A DNA stretch of 64,000 nt from Candidatus Nealsonbacteria bacterium (GTDB lineage Bacteria; Patescibacteriota; Minisyncoccia; Minisyncoccales; CAZKCU01): assembly GCA_047456305.1 (NCBI GenBank), contig CP179888.1, positions 381,307-445,306 of the forward strand, given 5' to 3'. A program made the translations under genes and the position numbers. Every line of letters begins with the position of its first letter. Position 1 is the first letter of the stretch. Below, piece by piece: positions 1 through 8,158 of this stretch. The notes beneath the pieces are model-generated. The model did no database searches, had not been told where the DNA came from, and saw nothing but the letters and a program-made list of their open reading frames with translations.

Positions 1-56
1 CGCCGGACGGAACATCGTCAGAAGAAGTCCCACCAAAAGAAACACCATTTGAGCAA

Positions 57-1661
57 TTGAGTGAGAATAAACAAGTAGAAAAAGAGATGCCGCTCGAAAT
101 AGAAGAAGGGTTACCCTTCACAGAGGAAATTGTTGCAGCCCAAGTTGTACCCACGAAGGGTCCAAATTGGACATTAATTTTGGCTATTATCGGTATAATT
201 GCAGCAATAGGAGTAGTGATATACTTCCTTTTCAAAAGGTGCAAAAAGGGGTTAAAGTTAAATAGGATAACTATTTTCTTGTTTATCCTTTTAATAATAT
301 TTTTATTAATTGGTACCTGGTTATATTTTTATATATCTCAAAAAAATGATACCGCGATTTATGATAGATCATCCGAATTTGTTTATACTAAAATACTAAA
401 AGTAATATCGCTTACTCCTGATCTTGTTTTGGTTGTTACAGAAAACCCAAAAGGACCGGCCGAATTAGGACCAACTGGAATATACAACTTTGATGCTGTT
501 TTTGCTGCTACCGAGAACCCGGATGACACAGATTCGAGCCTTGAAGTAATTGTTACCGAAAAAGAATTAATTAAATTATATGATAAAAAGATACTTGGTT
601 TTTATGTCCGCATAGGAGGATTACAAGGAGATGTTGAGAAAGCTAATGAGAGATATATATTTAAATTTAGAGGACTAAAATATCTCAAATTATTATTTGA
701 GGAAGGGTATCTTGACAAAGTTGATGTGGGTTTTTTCTACCCAGATCTTTTCGTAACAGAAGAAGGAAGAACAAAAGCATTTATTTTTGCCCATACTTTT
801 ATTACCTTTAAGCACGAACTGACACATCACAGATTTGCGACCGACCCGCTTTACCAGCAGGAAGTTATAGGAAAATGGAGAAGATTAGAAAATGAAAACA
901 AAAAGAAGATAATAATGGCCCTAATTAAGAGAGACTACTCTTTTGGGAGGGAAATAGATCTAAAAGAATGGAAAAAGTTAGACGAAGGTCAAAGAAATAA
1001 AAAAATAGAAGAGCTAATTAAGAAAGGTGAGAGACTATACGAGTTCATCGAAAAGGGTGAGAACCTACACGAGTTAATTCAAAAGAACAAGGAGATGGAA
1101 GAGGTAATCTTAAAGAATAGGTCACTAGTCATAGCCATTGATGAATGGATTGCACACTGCAACGAAGATAATAAGTATGATGCATTTGAGGGCGGTATAG
1201 ATGTTATGCAGGATATTACACAGAAGGACGGGGTTTGGGATAAACATTGGTATAACCTTGTAGATAAAAACGGAAAAGAACTTTTTTATAATGATAGTAA
1301 CGATGATGAAACATATAAAAAATATAGAGACAAACATCCTGAAAAATTTAGGACTACAGAAAAGCAGCCAAAGAGAGAAGAAGATATTCAGGAACCAGAA
1401 ATTTTTAACGAATTAGATGCAAACAAGTATTATAGTATCCATGGTACTTGTCCTCCAGGATATGAGTTGGTTGAATATCCGGGTGAGCGTGATATTCCGG
1501 GCCCAACCTATGCGGAGGCAACAAGACGTCTAGAGGAAGCAGGAAAGAGACTCGAGGAAGCTCCAAAAAATGATCCAGAAGCCATAATAAGAGCCATAAA
1601 AGAACTTAACGAAGCTACATTACTTTATCATCATGGACGCAGATGTGAAAAACAAAAATGA
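57..1661 (+). CDS. hypothetical membrane-anchored protein with an HExxH (HELTH) metallopeptidase-like motif; possibly 5'-partial
   Basis: Long ORF. The frame is open back to base 3, so the real start may lie upstream of the window (in-window candidates are TTG 57 and ATG 87). It has two hydrophobic helices, then a large soluble part containing FKHELTHHRF. No family recognised. Confidence 0.5.
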   Translation: MSENKQVEKEMPLEIEEGLPFTEEIVAAQVVPTKGPNWTLILAIIGIIAAIGVVIYFLFKRCKKGLKLNRITIFLFILLIIFLLIGTWLYFYISQKNDTAIYDRSSEFVYTKILKVISLTPDLVLVVTENPKGPAELGPTGIYNFDAVFAATENPDDTDSSLEVIVTEKELIKLYDKKILGFYVRIGGLQGDVEKANERYIFKFRGLKYLKLLFEEGYLDKVDVGFFYPDLFVTEEGRTKAFIFAHTFITFKHELTHHRFATDPLYQQEVIGKWRRLENENKKKIIMALIKRDYSFGREIDLKEWKKLDEGQRNKKIEELIKKGERLYEFIEKGENLHELIQKNKEMEEVILKNRSLVIAIDEWIAHCNEDNKYDAFEGGIDVMQDITQKDGVWDKHWYNLVDKNGKELFYNDSNDDETYKKYRDKHPEKFRTTEKQPKREEDIQEPEIFNELDANKYYSIHGTCPPGYELVEYPGERDIPGPTYAEATRRLEEAGKRLEEAPKNDPEAIIRAIKELNEATLLYHHGRRCEKQK

Positions 1662-2428
1662 ATCAAATAAAAAATTATCAGGCACTTATGAAAAAGATTA
1701 AATTAAATTTAAAATTAAAAATCCTTATTGGGATTCTGATTGTGGGAATTATTTCAATTGTTGGGTGGTGGATTCGGGAAAAACTTGAAACTAAAACCGA
1801 GATTAAAAAGAAAGTAGAGGTTCCTCTTGAGAAATGCATTGAAGCCTCTTCTTTTGTGGATTATTATGAAAAAGCTGGAATTCCTTTTGAGCCCGAATGG
1901 ATGAGTGGATTGATAAAGTCTGAGCCTATTCCAATAAAAATAAATTTCTCCGATATAGAGATCTATAATATCCCTCTTGAGAGGGCTGGCGGTGATTGGT
2001 TTACAGAGCCAATAATTAAATCTGATAACTTATATTGCGAATTAATAGATAAAAATATTGAGACACTTTTTGCTCCTATTCAAAAAAAAGAAGCAATAGA
2101 TTATGTTATTTTTCGATTAGTAACTCTTGGCCAAAGCGGATACGCGGTTGAACGCACTACCATTTTGGATAAGAAAGATTATGAAAATGATTATGAAAAT
2201 TATGAATGCGGTAAATCTATTTCTGATTTTGAAAAAAGAATTACTACTCTTCAGGAAACAAAAGGTGGCTTTTTGGTAAATTGGGTATATTATACTATCT
2301 TTGGCACAAGAGCTGGTTATTATGAGGAGAAAATAAAAGTTGGATATAATGCTAAAATAGAATTGTTTGAGGAAGCCAATGGATTCCTCAAGCCCTTTAT
2401 TGATTGTGGCGAAGGCGCCATATTTTAA
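1658..2428 (+). CDS. hypothetical protein with an N-terminal TM anchor
   Basis: ATGA overlap with the upstream gene. N-terminal hydrophobic helix (ILIGILIVGIISIVGWWI). No recognisable motif. Confidence 0.45.
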   Translation: MNQIKNYQALMKKIKLNLKLKILIGILIVGIISIVGWWIREKLETKTEIKKKVEVPLEKCIEASSFVDYYEKAGIPFEPEWMSGLIKSEPIPIKINFSDIEIYNIPLERAGGDWFTEPIIKSDNLYCELIDKNIETLFAPIQKKEAIDYVIFRLVTLGQSGYAVERTTILDKKDYENDYENYECGKSISDFEKRITTLQETKGGFLVNWVYYTIFGTRAGYYEEKIKVGYNAKIELFEEANGFLKPFIDCGEGAIF

Positions 2429-2522
2429 ATTAAGAAGAACTACAGGCTTGTCATTTGAGAATAGATAGCATTCAAGTTCACCTGCGAGTTCACCTGAAGT
2501 ATCATACAATTAAAGCAAAAAA

Positions 2523-2546
2523 AGCCCATCGCTGGGCTGTCTTTAT
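2523..2546 (-). terminator. hairpin terminator between convergent genes (better on the minus strand)
   Basis: AGCCCA-tcgc-TGGGCT hairpin. On the minus strand it is followed by a T7 run. It lies just downstream of the 2620 end of the minus-strand operon. Confidence 0.6.
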
Positions 2547-2619
2547 TTTCCTGTTATGAGTCATAATTGAGCGTTAAAATAACGCTTAGTTTTTACTAAT
2601 TACTGAAATTTAATTGTAT

Positions 2620-3147
2620 TTATAGCTCTAAATCAAGAATCTTCTTTCTAAGGGGTCGTTTGAATATGCCTTTACAAAGATGATTTATAATTTCAATAAT
2701 TGCGGAAAGTCCTCTCTTTATTACTTTTTCATATTCAGTAATATCTGTTTGATCTTCATCCTGCCGTGGGTGCGTGATTTTATCCCGAAATCTCTTGAGT
2801 TCTAGGAAATGGGGCCAAGAAGGATTACGCTCAAAATCGAAATCGGGGACAAATTTACAGATTAAGAATCTTAACTTATCTTCAAGTTTATGATACTCCA
2901 TTTGCTCAACAATTTGGAATCTCCCTTGTAAAATATCCAACTTCTTATCAGTTAAAAAAGCTATTTCATAGAGCTGAAAGATTTTACCTTGAGCAAGCGT
3001 GTCGCCAACATAATTAATGAACGCTTCAATCGCGCTCATTGCACAAAATATTGATACTCTATAGCATCGTTTTGCTTCTCGTTCTCTCCCCGCTTTAAAT
3101 GCTTCTTTGGCAAAGTAATTTGAATCCTCAAGATAATCTTCAAACAT
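2620..3147 (-). CDS. HEPN-like protein (R-x4-H motif), putative RNase effector
   Basis: 175 aa of helical-looking sequence. The motif LKRFRDKITHPR fits the HEPN Rx4-6H signature. The start ATG lies 1 nt after the stop of the upstream gene (TAA-C-ATG). Confidence 0.45.
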   Translation of the reverse strand: MFEDYLEDSNYFAKEAFKAGREREAKRCYRVSIFCAMSAIEAFINYVGDTLAQGKIFQLYEIAFLTDKKLDILQGRFQIVEQMEYHKLEDKLRFLICKFVPDFDFERNPSWPHFLELKRFRDKITHPRQDEDQTDITEYEKVIKRGLSAIIEIINHLCKGIFKRPLRKKILDLEL

Positions 3148-3148
3148 G

Positions 3149-4459
3149 TTATATTCTCTCTAGGGCTTTATCTGCTTCAAGTTTAATCTTTTTGGCTTCG
3201 TAGGATTTAATCGCAGCATTAGTCAATTTGAGAGTAATTTTATGTTGTTTTGCTTTGGTTGCTTGTAGGAAGAATACCTCAATCATTCTTCCCAACTCCA
3301 CATTATTAATACGCGACCCAAGACCACGATAAGTGTCGGGATCTACACCTTTTAATCTTGAACTCAGTAAAGCTTTTGCATTCAGTGGATCTTCTGGAGG
3401 AGACACTTTTGCAAGTGCGTAGTGGTGAGCTAATGCTTTTGGATTTCTCTGAAGGAACCCGCTAGCATACGCCCAGCTTGCTGCTACGCATGGATGTGTT
3501 GCTTTATTTGCAAATTCTATATATCTATCCGTGGTTCTTCCAAATACTCTTTGCCTTTGTAATTTATGAAGTCGAGCAAATTCTTGCCCCATTATTTTTA
3601 AAGCTTTGTCTGACCACTGAATTTTTTCGCGTAATTTTTTATAATACTCATCTAACCCAGGACCTGAAAAACAAACTATAGGAAGGTGAAAAGTATCTTT
3701 TTTTGCACCTTTTCCTAAGAAAAAATTAATCAATAAAGTTCTTGCTATGCGCACAGTAGGGATTCCTTTAGGACTTCTTTTATCCGCGAAATTCTGACCT
3801 TTTTCAAGTATCCCTGTAGCTTGGCACCAATCTCTTAGATCAGTACCTAAGAGATCTTCGTTCATTCTGTCTAATAAATCATTAGATATAGCAATTGAGG
3901 TATTATTTGCCATTGCAATATTAACCTTTTGTTCTATTGACAAATCGAAATAGATTCTAGCCCCATGAAAAGCTGAAACGTCTTTTTTTATCGCCTTCCT
4001 AATGGCAATAATTCTATGTTGCCCGCCAAAGACTTTTAGTGGTTTTTGGGGCCTGTAAGAAAGGTCATATTCCATTACTAAATCTTCGAAACTCCTTCCC
4101 TTTAGCGCATCGTCTTCCATCAATCGATACGCATAGTTGTCAGTATAAATTCCACGGTTAAGTTTGTAGTCCTCACTTTCCGTAGGGTCAAGTACGGCGT
4201 CTAAATCGGTTCTCGATGCAAGAACACTTGAATCAAGGTGACAACTTATGTAATAGGCTCCACTTCTTTTATCAAGCATAAGTAAACTTTTCGTTCCACT
4301 ATTTTTCTCAAAAGTTTGAAAAACTTTGAAGAACTTTTGAATTTTTCCAATTACCTTGGCGTCAGGAGTAAACCCTTTTGGAACAACAAGAAGCTCTTTA
4401 ACATTATTGTTTTCACTGTATCTTTTTTTAATTTTTGGTTTAGTCATTATATCTAACAA
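3149..4459 (-). CDS. ParB/DndB-like DGQHR-domain protein
   Basis: PLKVFGGQHRIIAIRKAI matches the (D/G)GQHR motif of DndB/DGQHR and ParB-Srx-fold proteins. The ORF starts at TTG 4459; ATG at 4447 (MTKPKIKK) is more plausible. Confidence 0.55.
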   Translation of the reverse strand: MLDIMTKPKIKKRYSENNNVKELLVVPKGFTPDAKVIGKIQKFFKVFQTFEKNSGTKSLLMLDKRSGAYYISCHLDSSVLASRTDLDAVLDPTESEDYKLNRGIYTDNYAYRLMEDDALKGRSFEDLVMEYDLSYRPQKPLKVFGGQHRIIAIRKAIKKDVSAFHGARIYFDLSIEQKVNIAMANNTSIAISNDLLDRMNEDLLGTDLRDWCQATGILEKGQNFADKRSPKGIPTVRIARTLLINFFLGKGAKKDTFHLPIVCFSGPGLDEYYKKLREKIQWSDKALKIMGQEFARLHKLQRQRVFGRTTDRYIEFANKATHPCVAASWAYASGFLQRNPKALAHHYALAKVSPPEDPLNAKALLSSRLKGVDPDTYRGLGSRINNVELGRMIEVFFLQATKAKQHKITLKLTNAAIKSYEAKKIKLEADKALERI

Positions 4460-4796
4460 ATCTTATGTAATTTTTTAAGGTTTACTTTAAAATAAACCTT
4501 TTATTTTACTCCATCACAATTATTTTACCTTATCACAAACAAAAAATAGAACAACAATCTTCTGGTAGAAAATCAGAATTCTGGAAGACTATCTAAACAT
4601 ATAAACTTTCATTTTCAACTCAAACCCTAGATAACTTGTGAGAAGGCTTTTTAGGACCAAGATGGGTAGTTATAAAAACACTAAATGTTTTATGGTTATA
4701 GTCCATTCGTGGGTAGAAAAAAGAATCAGATCCTTAATGTTGGTTCATTTTTATATTTCATTCTATCAAAAAATCGCCACTTTGGCGATTTTTCCA

Positions 4797-4891
4797 TTAA
4801 ACCCTCACTTCTAATTCAAACTTAAATGTTGTATTGCGTCCATAATCATAAAATGATATGAGCTCTTTAAACCTTCACCTCTAATTCAAAC
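4797..4891 (+). repeat. two 25-nt direct repeats spaced exactly 70 bp apart in a 520-bp non-coding region
   Basis: TTAAACCCTCACTTCTAATTCAAAC (4797-4821) and TTAAACCTTCACCTCTAATTCAAAC (4867-4891). A degenerate third copy lies near 4927. Confidence 0.7.
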
Positions 4892-4979
4892 CTCATATAA
4901 TTAGTAGACCATTGTACATGGTCTTTCTAAACCATGCCAACCAAACAGATTTAAACAACGCCCAGTCTCAGAGGTTGTT

Positions 4980-5723
4980 TTGACTCTCTTTTTTATTTTT
5001 GGTATAGTTTTCTTATTACTAATTATGGACAAATTTTTTTTAATTCAACTTACTACTAATCTTTATTACCTGACTTTGCTTTTTCCCAAAAAAGAGCCCT
5101 TGAGGTATAAAATAAGAGAATTGGCCGATGACATTTTAGCCGCCCTAATTTCATCTCCCCATCAACATAAATGTGACGAAGCAAGGCCTCGTCACATTAA
5201 CACTGGCGCTGATATTATACAAGAATTGGAAATTCTTGATAGCTTCTTTGAGGTGGCAAAAGCCCAAAACTGGGTAAGTCCGGCTGAAACCTTGAAATTA
5301 CAGCAAGAATATAGTAAGCTAAAAGAGAATTTGAAAACGCAGGTTAATTTTAATAGAAGTTTAGTACCAGCGACCCAAGTTAGAAACGTAACGAAGCAAG
5401 GCCTCGTTAAATTAAGTCCTCGGAGTGAAGGGGATTGCGAGAGGAGCCCCAAAGCTATTTTTGCTGAAAGGAGAGTAGTCAAAGAGGATAAATCCTCTTC
5501 TTCACCCTTCGCTGCGGCTCGGCTAAATGAACGCCAGAAAAAAATCTTGGGAATTTTAAAAGAAAGAGAAAAAGCCCAGGTTTGGGAAATTAAGAAAATT
5601 TTTCCCGAAGTGACCAAAAGAACTCTCCGAAGAGATTTTGAACAATTGCTAAAACAAGGATTTATTGAAAGAATAGGAGAAAAGAATGACACTTTTTACC
5701 AAGTTAAATCCAATTTTGACTAA
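4980..5723 (+). CDS. putative transcriptional regulator with a C-terminal DeoR-type winged HTH; carries repeat insertions
   Basis: The C-terminus NERQKKILGILKEREKAQVWEIKKIFPEVTKRTLRRDFEQLLKQGFIERIG is a DeoR-like wHTH. The likely start is ATG 5025 (MDKFF). The central part is built from GC-rich hairpin repeats. Confidence 0.55.
   Translation: MTLFFIFGIVFLLLIMDKFFLIQLTTNLYYLTLLFPKKEPLRYKIRELADDILAALISSPHQHKCDEARPRHINTGADIIQELEILDSFFEVAKAQNWVSPAETLKLQQEYSKLKENLKTQVNFNRSLVPATQVRNVTKQGLVKLSPRSEGDCERSPKAIFAERRVVKEDKSSSSPFAAARLNERQKKILGILKEREKAQVWEIKKIFPEVTKRTLRRDFEQLLKQGFIERIGEKNDTFYQVKSNFD
5478..5528 (+). repeat. family-A palindromic element, in frame (VKEDKSSSSPFAAARLN)
   Basis: GTCAAAGAGGATAAATCCTCTTCTTCACCCTTCGCTGCGGCTCGGCTAAAT. 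It has the same architecture and reading frame as the copies in murB, recJ and mnmA. Confidence 0.85.
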
Positions 5724-5747
5724 ATAAAGGTAGGACATTATATTATA

Positions 5748-5767
5748 GGTAGGACATATGTCCTACC
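5748..5767. promoter_or_regulatory. perfect 20-bp palindrome (candidate operator or terminator stem)
   Basis: GGTAGGACATATGTCCTACC, with an extra half-site GGTAGGACAT at 5729-5738. A second palindrome, TAGAGACCGGGTCTCTA, lies at 5779-5795. Both sit between the regulator gene and the sigma-factor gene. Confidence 0.5.
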
Positions 5768-5803
5768 CTTACAGTTGTTAGAGACCGGGTCTCTATCTAT
5801 CTT

Positions 5804-6307
5804 ATGGCTAATCAACGGAAAATTTTCAGCAGTATTTATGACAAATATGTAAATAAGATTTACCGTTTTATTTTTATTAAGGTTAGTTCTCAGGAAATAG
5901 CCGAGGATTTATGTTCAGAGACTTTTTTACGGGGTTGGCAGGTTTTTAAAGAAAGGAGAGACATTGAAAATCCGCCGGCCTTTTTATATCAAATTGCCCG
6001 CAATTTGGTTATTGACCATTATCGGGAAAAGGGTAAAGCCAAAATTGTTTCAGCTGAATATTGGGAAGTCACTGATCCTCACCAGAATTTAGAAGAAAAA
6101 TCTCTGTTGGGGTCCGACATCGATAATATCAGAATAGTTTTGGCTAGCCTCCGAGAAGAATATCAGGACGTGATTATTTGGCATTACTTGGATGGGTTAA
6201 CTTTTTCTGAAATGGGTCGGATATTAAACAAATCAGAGAATGCAGTGAGAGTCCAAACCCATCGTGCCTTGAAAGAACTTAGAAAAAAACTTATTCGTGA
6301 GAGCTAA
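5804..6307 (+). CDS. ECF-type RNA polymerase sigma-70 family factor
   Basis: Region 2 (YRFIFIKV...AEDLCSETFLRGW, ARNLVIDHYR) and region 4 (GLTFSEMGRILNKSENAVRVQTHRALKELR). Confidence 0.9.
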   Translation: MANQRKIFSSIYDKYVNKIYRFIFIKVSSQEIAEDLCSETFLRGWQVFKERRDIENPPAFLYQIARNLVIDHYREKGKAKIVSAEYWEVTDPHQNLEEKSLLGSDIDNIRIVLASLREEYQDVIIWHYLDGLTFSEMGRILNKSENAVRVQTHRALKELRKKLIRES

Positions 6308-7166
6308 AATCCAATTTCAAACAGATATAATAAAAAGATACGAAAATGGTGAAAGTTTGTATCAAATAGCAGAAGATGAAAGGTGTAACTACTCTACCGT
6401 ACTTAGAGAATTAAGAAGAAAAGGAGTAAACGTATCCCGGAGGTATTGGACAAAAAAGGAAATAGAAAAGCTTAAAAAACTTTATCCTATTAGTTCTCCG
6501 GAAGAACTCCTAAAAGAGTTCCTTAATAGGACAGAAAAAACAATTCGGGCCATAGCTTCCAAATTCAAAGTAAGAAAAAGAGAATGTAAGATTTGTGAAA
6601 TTTGCGGAAAAAAATTTACTATAAAACACCGGCGTAATCGCAAATATAAAACAATTTGTCGACTATGTGCAATAAAAAAATGGGGGGAAGAGCACCCAGA
6701 AAATCGTAAGAAAAGCCGAAAAAAATGGGGACAGAAAAACCCAGAATATAAAAAAGAATATAGGAAAGAACATATAAAACAAATAAGAAAGTATATGAAT
6801 GCCTATGCGAAACAACAAAGAGAGAAGGATCCTAAATTTCGTCTAGACCAAAATATGAGAAAACTTATTTGCCAATCTTTAAAAGGTAAAAAAGCGGGCA
6901 GGAGATGGGAAAAGTTGGTTAGTTATAATCTTAAGGAGCTAATGGAACACTTGGAAAATCAGTTTGATGAAAAAATGAATTGGGACAACTATGGAAGTTA
7001 TTGGCATGTTGATCATATTAGGCCAAGAAGTTTATTTAAATATACTTGCCCAGAAGACTCAGAATTTAAAAAATGCTGGGCTTTAGAAAATTTGCAGCCA
7101 TTAGAAAAAACTGCGAACTTAAGAAAAAGTAATAAAATATTGCAGAATTCCAGGATAATAGTGTAA
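6297..7166 (+). CDS. HNH endonuclease with an N-terminal HTH (free-standing, homing-type)
   Basis: C-terminal HNH motif GSYWHVDHIRPRS...ENLQPLEKTANLRKSNK. Cys pairs CKICEICG and CRLC. N-terminal HTH (ESLYQIAEDERCNYSTVLRELRRKG). GTG start overlaps the sigma gene stop. Confidence 0.8.
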   Translation: MRAKIQFQTDIIKRYENGESLYQIAEDERCNYSTVLRELRRKGVNVSRRYWTKKEIEKLKKLYPISSPEELLKEFLNRTEKTIRAIASKFKVRKRECKICEICGKKFTIKHRRNRKYKTICRLCAIKKWGEEHPENRKKSRKKWGQKNPEYKKEYRKEHIKQIRKYMNAYAKQQREKDPKFRLDQNMRKLICQSLKGKKAGRRWEKLVSYNLKELMEHLENQFDEKMNWDNYGSYWHVDHIRPRSLFKYTCPEDSEFKKCWALENLQPLEKTANLRKSNKILQNSRIIV

Positions 7167-7219
7167 TAGGAAGTCAAATCCTGCGTCATAATATAAAGGA
7201 CAACTAAAGGTATTTTAAA

Positions 7220-8002
7220 ATGACTGAAGCTGAACTCATTAAAAAAATTCAAGAACTCAAGCAGATTCAACCCAGAAAAGACTGGGTTTTGTTTACTAAA
7301 AGCCAGATTTTAGGAGAAGAACCAAAAATGGACGTGTCCCTATTTTCGTTGGTTGGCAAAATTTTCCCGATGGCGCAAATTTTCTCACCATTTCGTTTCC
7401 TTAATTTTAAAAATTTAAAACCAGTTTTAGTTACCTTAGCTTCTCTATTTATTTTAATATCCGGGGCTTTTATTTTTGCCCAAAATTCTCTACCCGGCGA
7501 TTTACTTTTTCCAGTAAAGAAAATTACTGAAAGGAGCCAGTCAGTTTTTGTCTCTGAGGACAACGTAATAAAATTTGAGTTGGATATTGCAGAGAAACGA
7601 TTAGACGACCTTGCTAAGGTTGCCGAGAAGAACTCAGTGAAGAATTTAGCGCCGGCAATTAACGAATATAAAGAAAGCGTGTCTGATGTGGCAAAGAGTT
7701 TGGCAGTAGAAAATAATAAAGAGGTTGTAAAAGAGATAGTTAGTGGAGTGAAAAAATTAGAAGAGAAAGAGCAGCAAGTGAGAACGCTGGGAGCAGTAAT
7801 AGGAGAAAATGAGGAGTTAGACAAAGCCGTTGCTCAAAAAATGGTAGAAACCTTGGAGATCCTTATTAAGGATTTAGAAGGGAGGTCTTTAACAGAAGAC
7901 CAGCAAGAGGATTTTGCTAAAGCCAAAGAATATTTTGAAGCCGGTGATTATAACCAGGCGCTTATAGAACTTCTGAATTTTGGTCAGGAAAGGGAGGATT
8001 AA
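7220..8002 (+). CDS. anti-sigma-like membrane protein (DUF5667-like)
   Basis: Short N-terminal cytoplasmic segment, one TM helix (PVLVTLASLFILISGAFIF), then a helical extracytoplasmic domain. It lies downstream of the ECF sigma gene. Confidence 0.5.
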   Translation: MTEAELIKKIQELKQIQPRKDWVLFTKSQILGEEPKMDVSLFSLVGKIFPMAQIFSPFRFLNFKNLKPVLVTLASLFILISGAFIFAQNSLPGDLLFPVKKITERSQSVFVSEDNVIKFELDIAEKRLDDLAKVAEKNSVKNLAPAINEYKESVSDVAKSLAVENNKEVVKEIVSGVKKLEEKEQQVRTLGAVIGENEELDKAVAQKMVETLEILIKDLEGRSLTEDQQEDFAKAKEYFEAGDYNQALIELLNFGQERED

Positions 8003-8076
8003 TTTTGCTCAAAATCAATAGATTGAAAATTGGAACGTCGCGAAACTCGTGACTATTACGTAAGGTCGCGAGACAC

Positions 8077-8104
8077 CAAGCACATAACAAAGATTATGTG
8101 CTCG
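8077..8104. repeat. family-B hairpin (GAGCACATAA...TTATGTGCTC)
   Basis: CCAAGCACATAACAAAGATTATGTGCTCGG. Related copies lie at 29306-29332 and, degenerate, inside pgk at 43738-43769. Confidence 0.75.
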
Positions 8105-8158
8105 GATAAATGGTCGGCGCGACAGAAATAAATTATTAATTAATAATTCAGAAAATAA

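Noticed and set aside
4797-4946. Possible mini-CRISPR array: 25-nt repeats with spacers of 35-45 nt, next to a defense-like operon.
   Set aside because: There are only two good copies, and they differ at 2 positions, plus one badly degenerate copy. The repeat is shorter than typical CRISPR repeats, the spacing is irregular (70 then 60 bp), and there are no cas genes or leader in the window. It is reported only as a direct repeat.
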